From: Tubulanus polymorphus
Lineage: Eukaryota; Animalia; Nemertea
Length of the DNA stretch: 64,000 bases
NCBI RefSeq assembly: GCF_964204645.1
Contig: NC_134030.1
Location: 13,118,857 to 13,182,856, forward strand
Reading direction: 5' to 3'
Position 1 is the first letter of the stretch, and every line of letters starts with the position of its first letter. Of the stretch, positions 62,574 through 64,000 are shown in pieces. Under the pieces are notes generated by a model. That model was given only the letters and a program-made list of their open reading frames with translations. It was not told where the DNA came from and searched no databases. The position numbers and the translations under genes are program-made.

Positions 62574-64000
62574 ATGGATTACTGTAATTTTGTCAAAGTT
62601 TTAGCAGCTAGAGTGACAAAAGACAAACATTTTCTCCATTCACGTGAGTCAAAATCTCGTCATAACTCGCATTTGACAGCCGGTGAAAGATCCAATCTAT
62701 ATAATAATATCACGAAAGATTTACGAAATTTGAAATTCAAGGATTCTTATACTTTTCCGAGAGAAATAAAACGGATCGAACTTGTGCTCAAAGACAGACA
62801 GTACTGGCTTCATAAAAATCAAAACGGTGAAAAAGAAGAATTTTTACAGTATTTCTCTCATGAATGCTGGGTCCAGCTTCCGCAAAATATAAAGGAATCC
62901 CATACTCTTAAGGGATTTATTACTTGCAAGTCTCGTGACGGTCATATTAGTTGTCTCCATGTCAGCAAAAAAGACAAAGGACTATCATCTGCTTCCACTG
63001 TGTGTAGAGAGGTTCTCAAAGAAATTACCAATGCGAAACCGCCCCGTAACAAACAGAAAACGGCTGCAAGAAAGGCTGCAAAAAGAATCATCGAATCAGC
63101 AAAGCCCATTTTTGAGAAATCGTATGAAGAGCCAATTGAAGATGCTATCAAGGTAATTTTATTTCTTCAATATTTCAATGTTTAATTGTTTATATCCATT
63201 TTACAGAGTTATATATACCGTAAACAAAACCAATTAACAAATTGTTGTCTTTTGTTGTCTATTGCATTGCAGTTTTTGCATGCTGATTGGTATATATGGC
63301 TGGGCTGGTGCAACGCCTATTTCGTTAGTAGAAAAAATACGCACCCGAATTTCAGAATTGCTGCAACAATGTTTATTATACAGCACGTTAATCCTATTAT
63401 CAACCGCAGTCGCTTTAGTTCAAGTAGACTCCCGAGTGCTAATAGTTTTCACCTAAAAGCTACATCTTTCTTTTTAACTTATTTCCGGCGGGAAAGTCCA
63501 TTTTGTTCACTATGGGCTGATAAAATGAAATTTATACACTCTACAGCGCTCACTTCTAAATAATCGGGCAATGCATTGCAAAGTTTGGAGTTCTGCATAC
63601 ATGTATAATCTTAATTGCAACACTCCTCGATATCACAGAAGAGTTAATGTATTGAAACTGTTCGGTTCTATTACAGCTTATCATGATGAGACGATATGAA
63701 TTGAAAGATATGTATCGGATTTATAATCTTTACATTTCAAACTGTATGTTAATCAATATTCGAATTCCATTTATTTACAGGCGGTTTATCAGAAATCAAA
63801 CTCCACTAATGAAACAATGAAAAACGCTAGAAGGCGAATACGTGACCAGTTAATTAAAGATGACGACAATCGATTATTAGCAATCGGAGATTCTTTCGCT
63901 CACCATGACCGTCGTGTTAAGGCAACATATTTTGAGAAAATGTCCACTGCAGCAAATCGTGTTGCTCAAAGTATAATCTCCGAGGAAAGCGGTACTCAAG
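62574..64000 (+). CDS. Spliced gene of unknown function, possibly transposon-derived (exons 62574-63152 and 63781-edge)
   Basis: 193 codons, then GTAATT donor (phase 0); TTTACAG acceptor at 63780 followed by an open frame AVYQKSNST...FEKMSTAANRV to the window end. Confidence 0.65.

Overview
AT-rich animal genomic DNA (spliceosomal introns; probably an invertebrate, by inference) made almost entirely of nested mobile elements. The centrepiece is a decayed but end-to-end Maverick/Polinton-like endogenous virus (10909-37971, all genes on the minus strand). It encodes a protein-primed PolB, single- and double-jelly-roll capsid candidates, a packaging ATPase, an rve integrase and several small membrane proteins, and I could not recognise an adenain protease. 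It sits inside an L2/CR1-type LINE. It has itself been invaded by a circularly permuted BEL/Pao retrotransposon (carrying a solo LTR), a miniature Penelope insertion and nested Helentron-type elements. Its unusual properties are: (i) each end is capped by a different long fold-back palindrome outside a near-perfect inner TIR, with mismatches biased to G-T on the 3'-terminal strand, and a free-standing copy of such a cap lies at 48980-49080; (ii) 13 of 16 gene starts read TAAATG, often after a T-run, like poxvirus late promoters, while pPolB, integrase and a nuclease-like gene share a separate upstream motif; (iii) a conserved hairpin element with covarying pairs is shared with a second, rearranged and mosaic Maverick fragment (58520-61450). 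Together these suggest a virophage-like element expressed by a cytoplasmic large DNA virus, which is a hypothesis only. The rest of the window holds a spliced host gene for a secreted protein, other LINE, BEL and IS3EU-like fragments, many MITEs, microsatellites, and a spliced gene running off the right edge.
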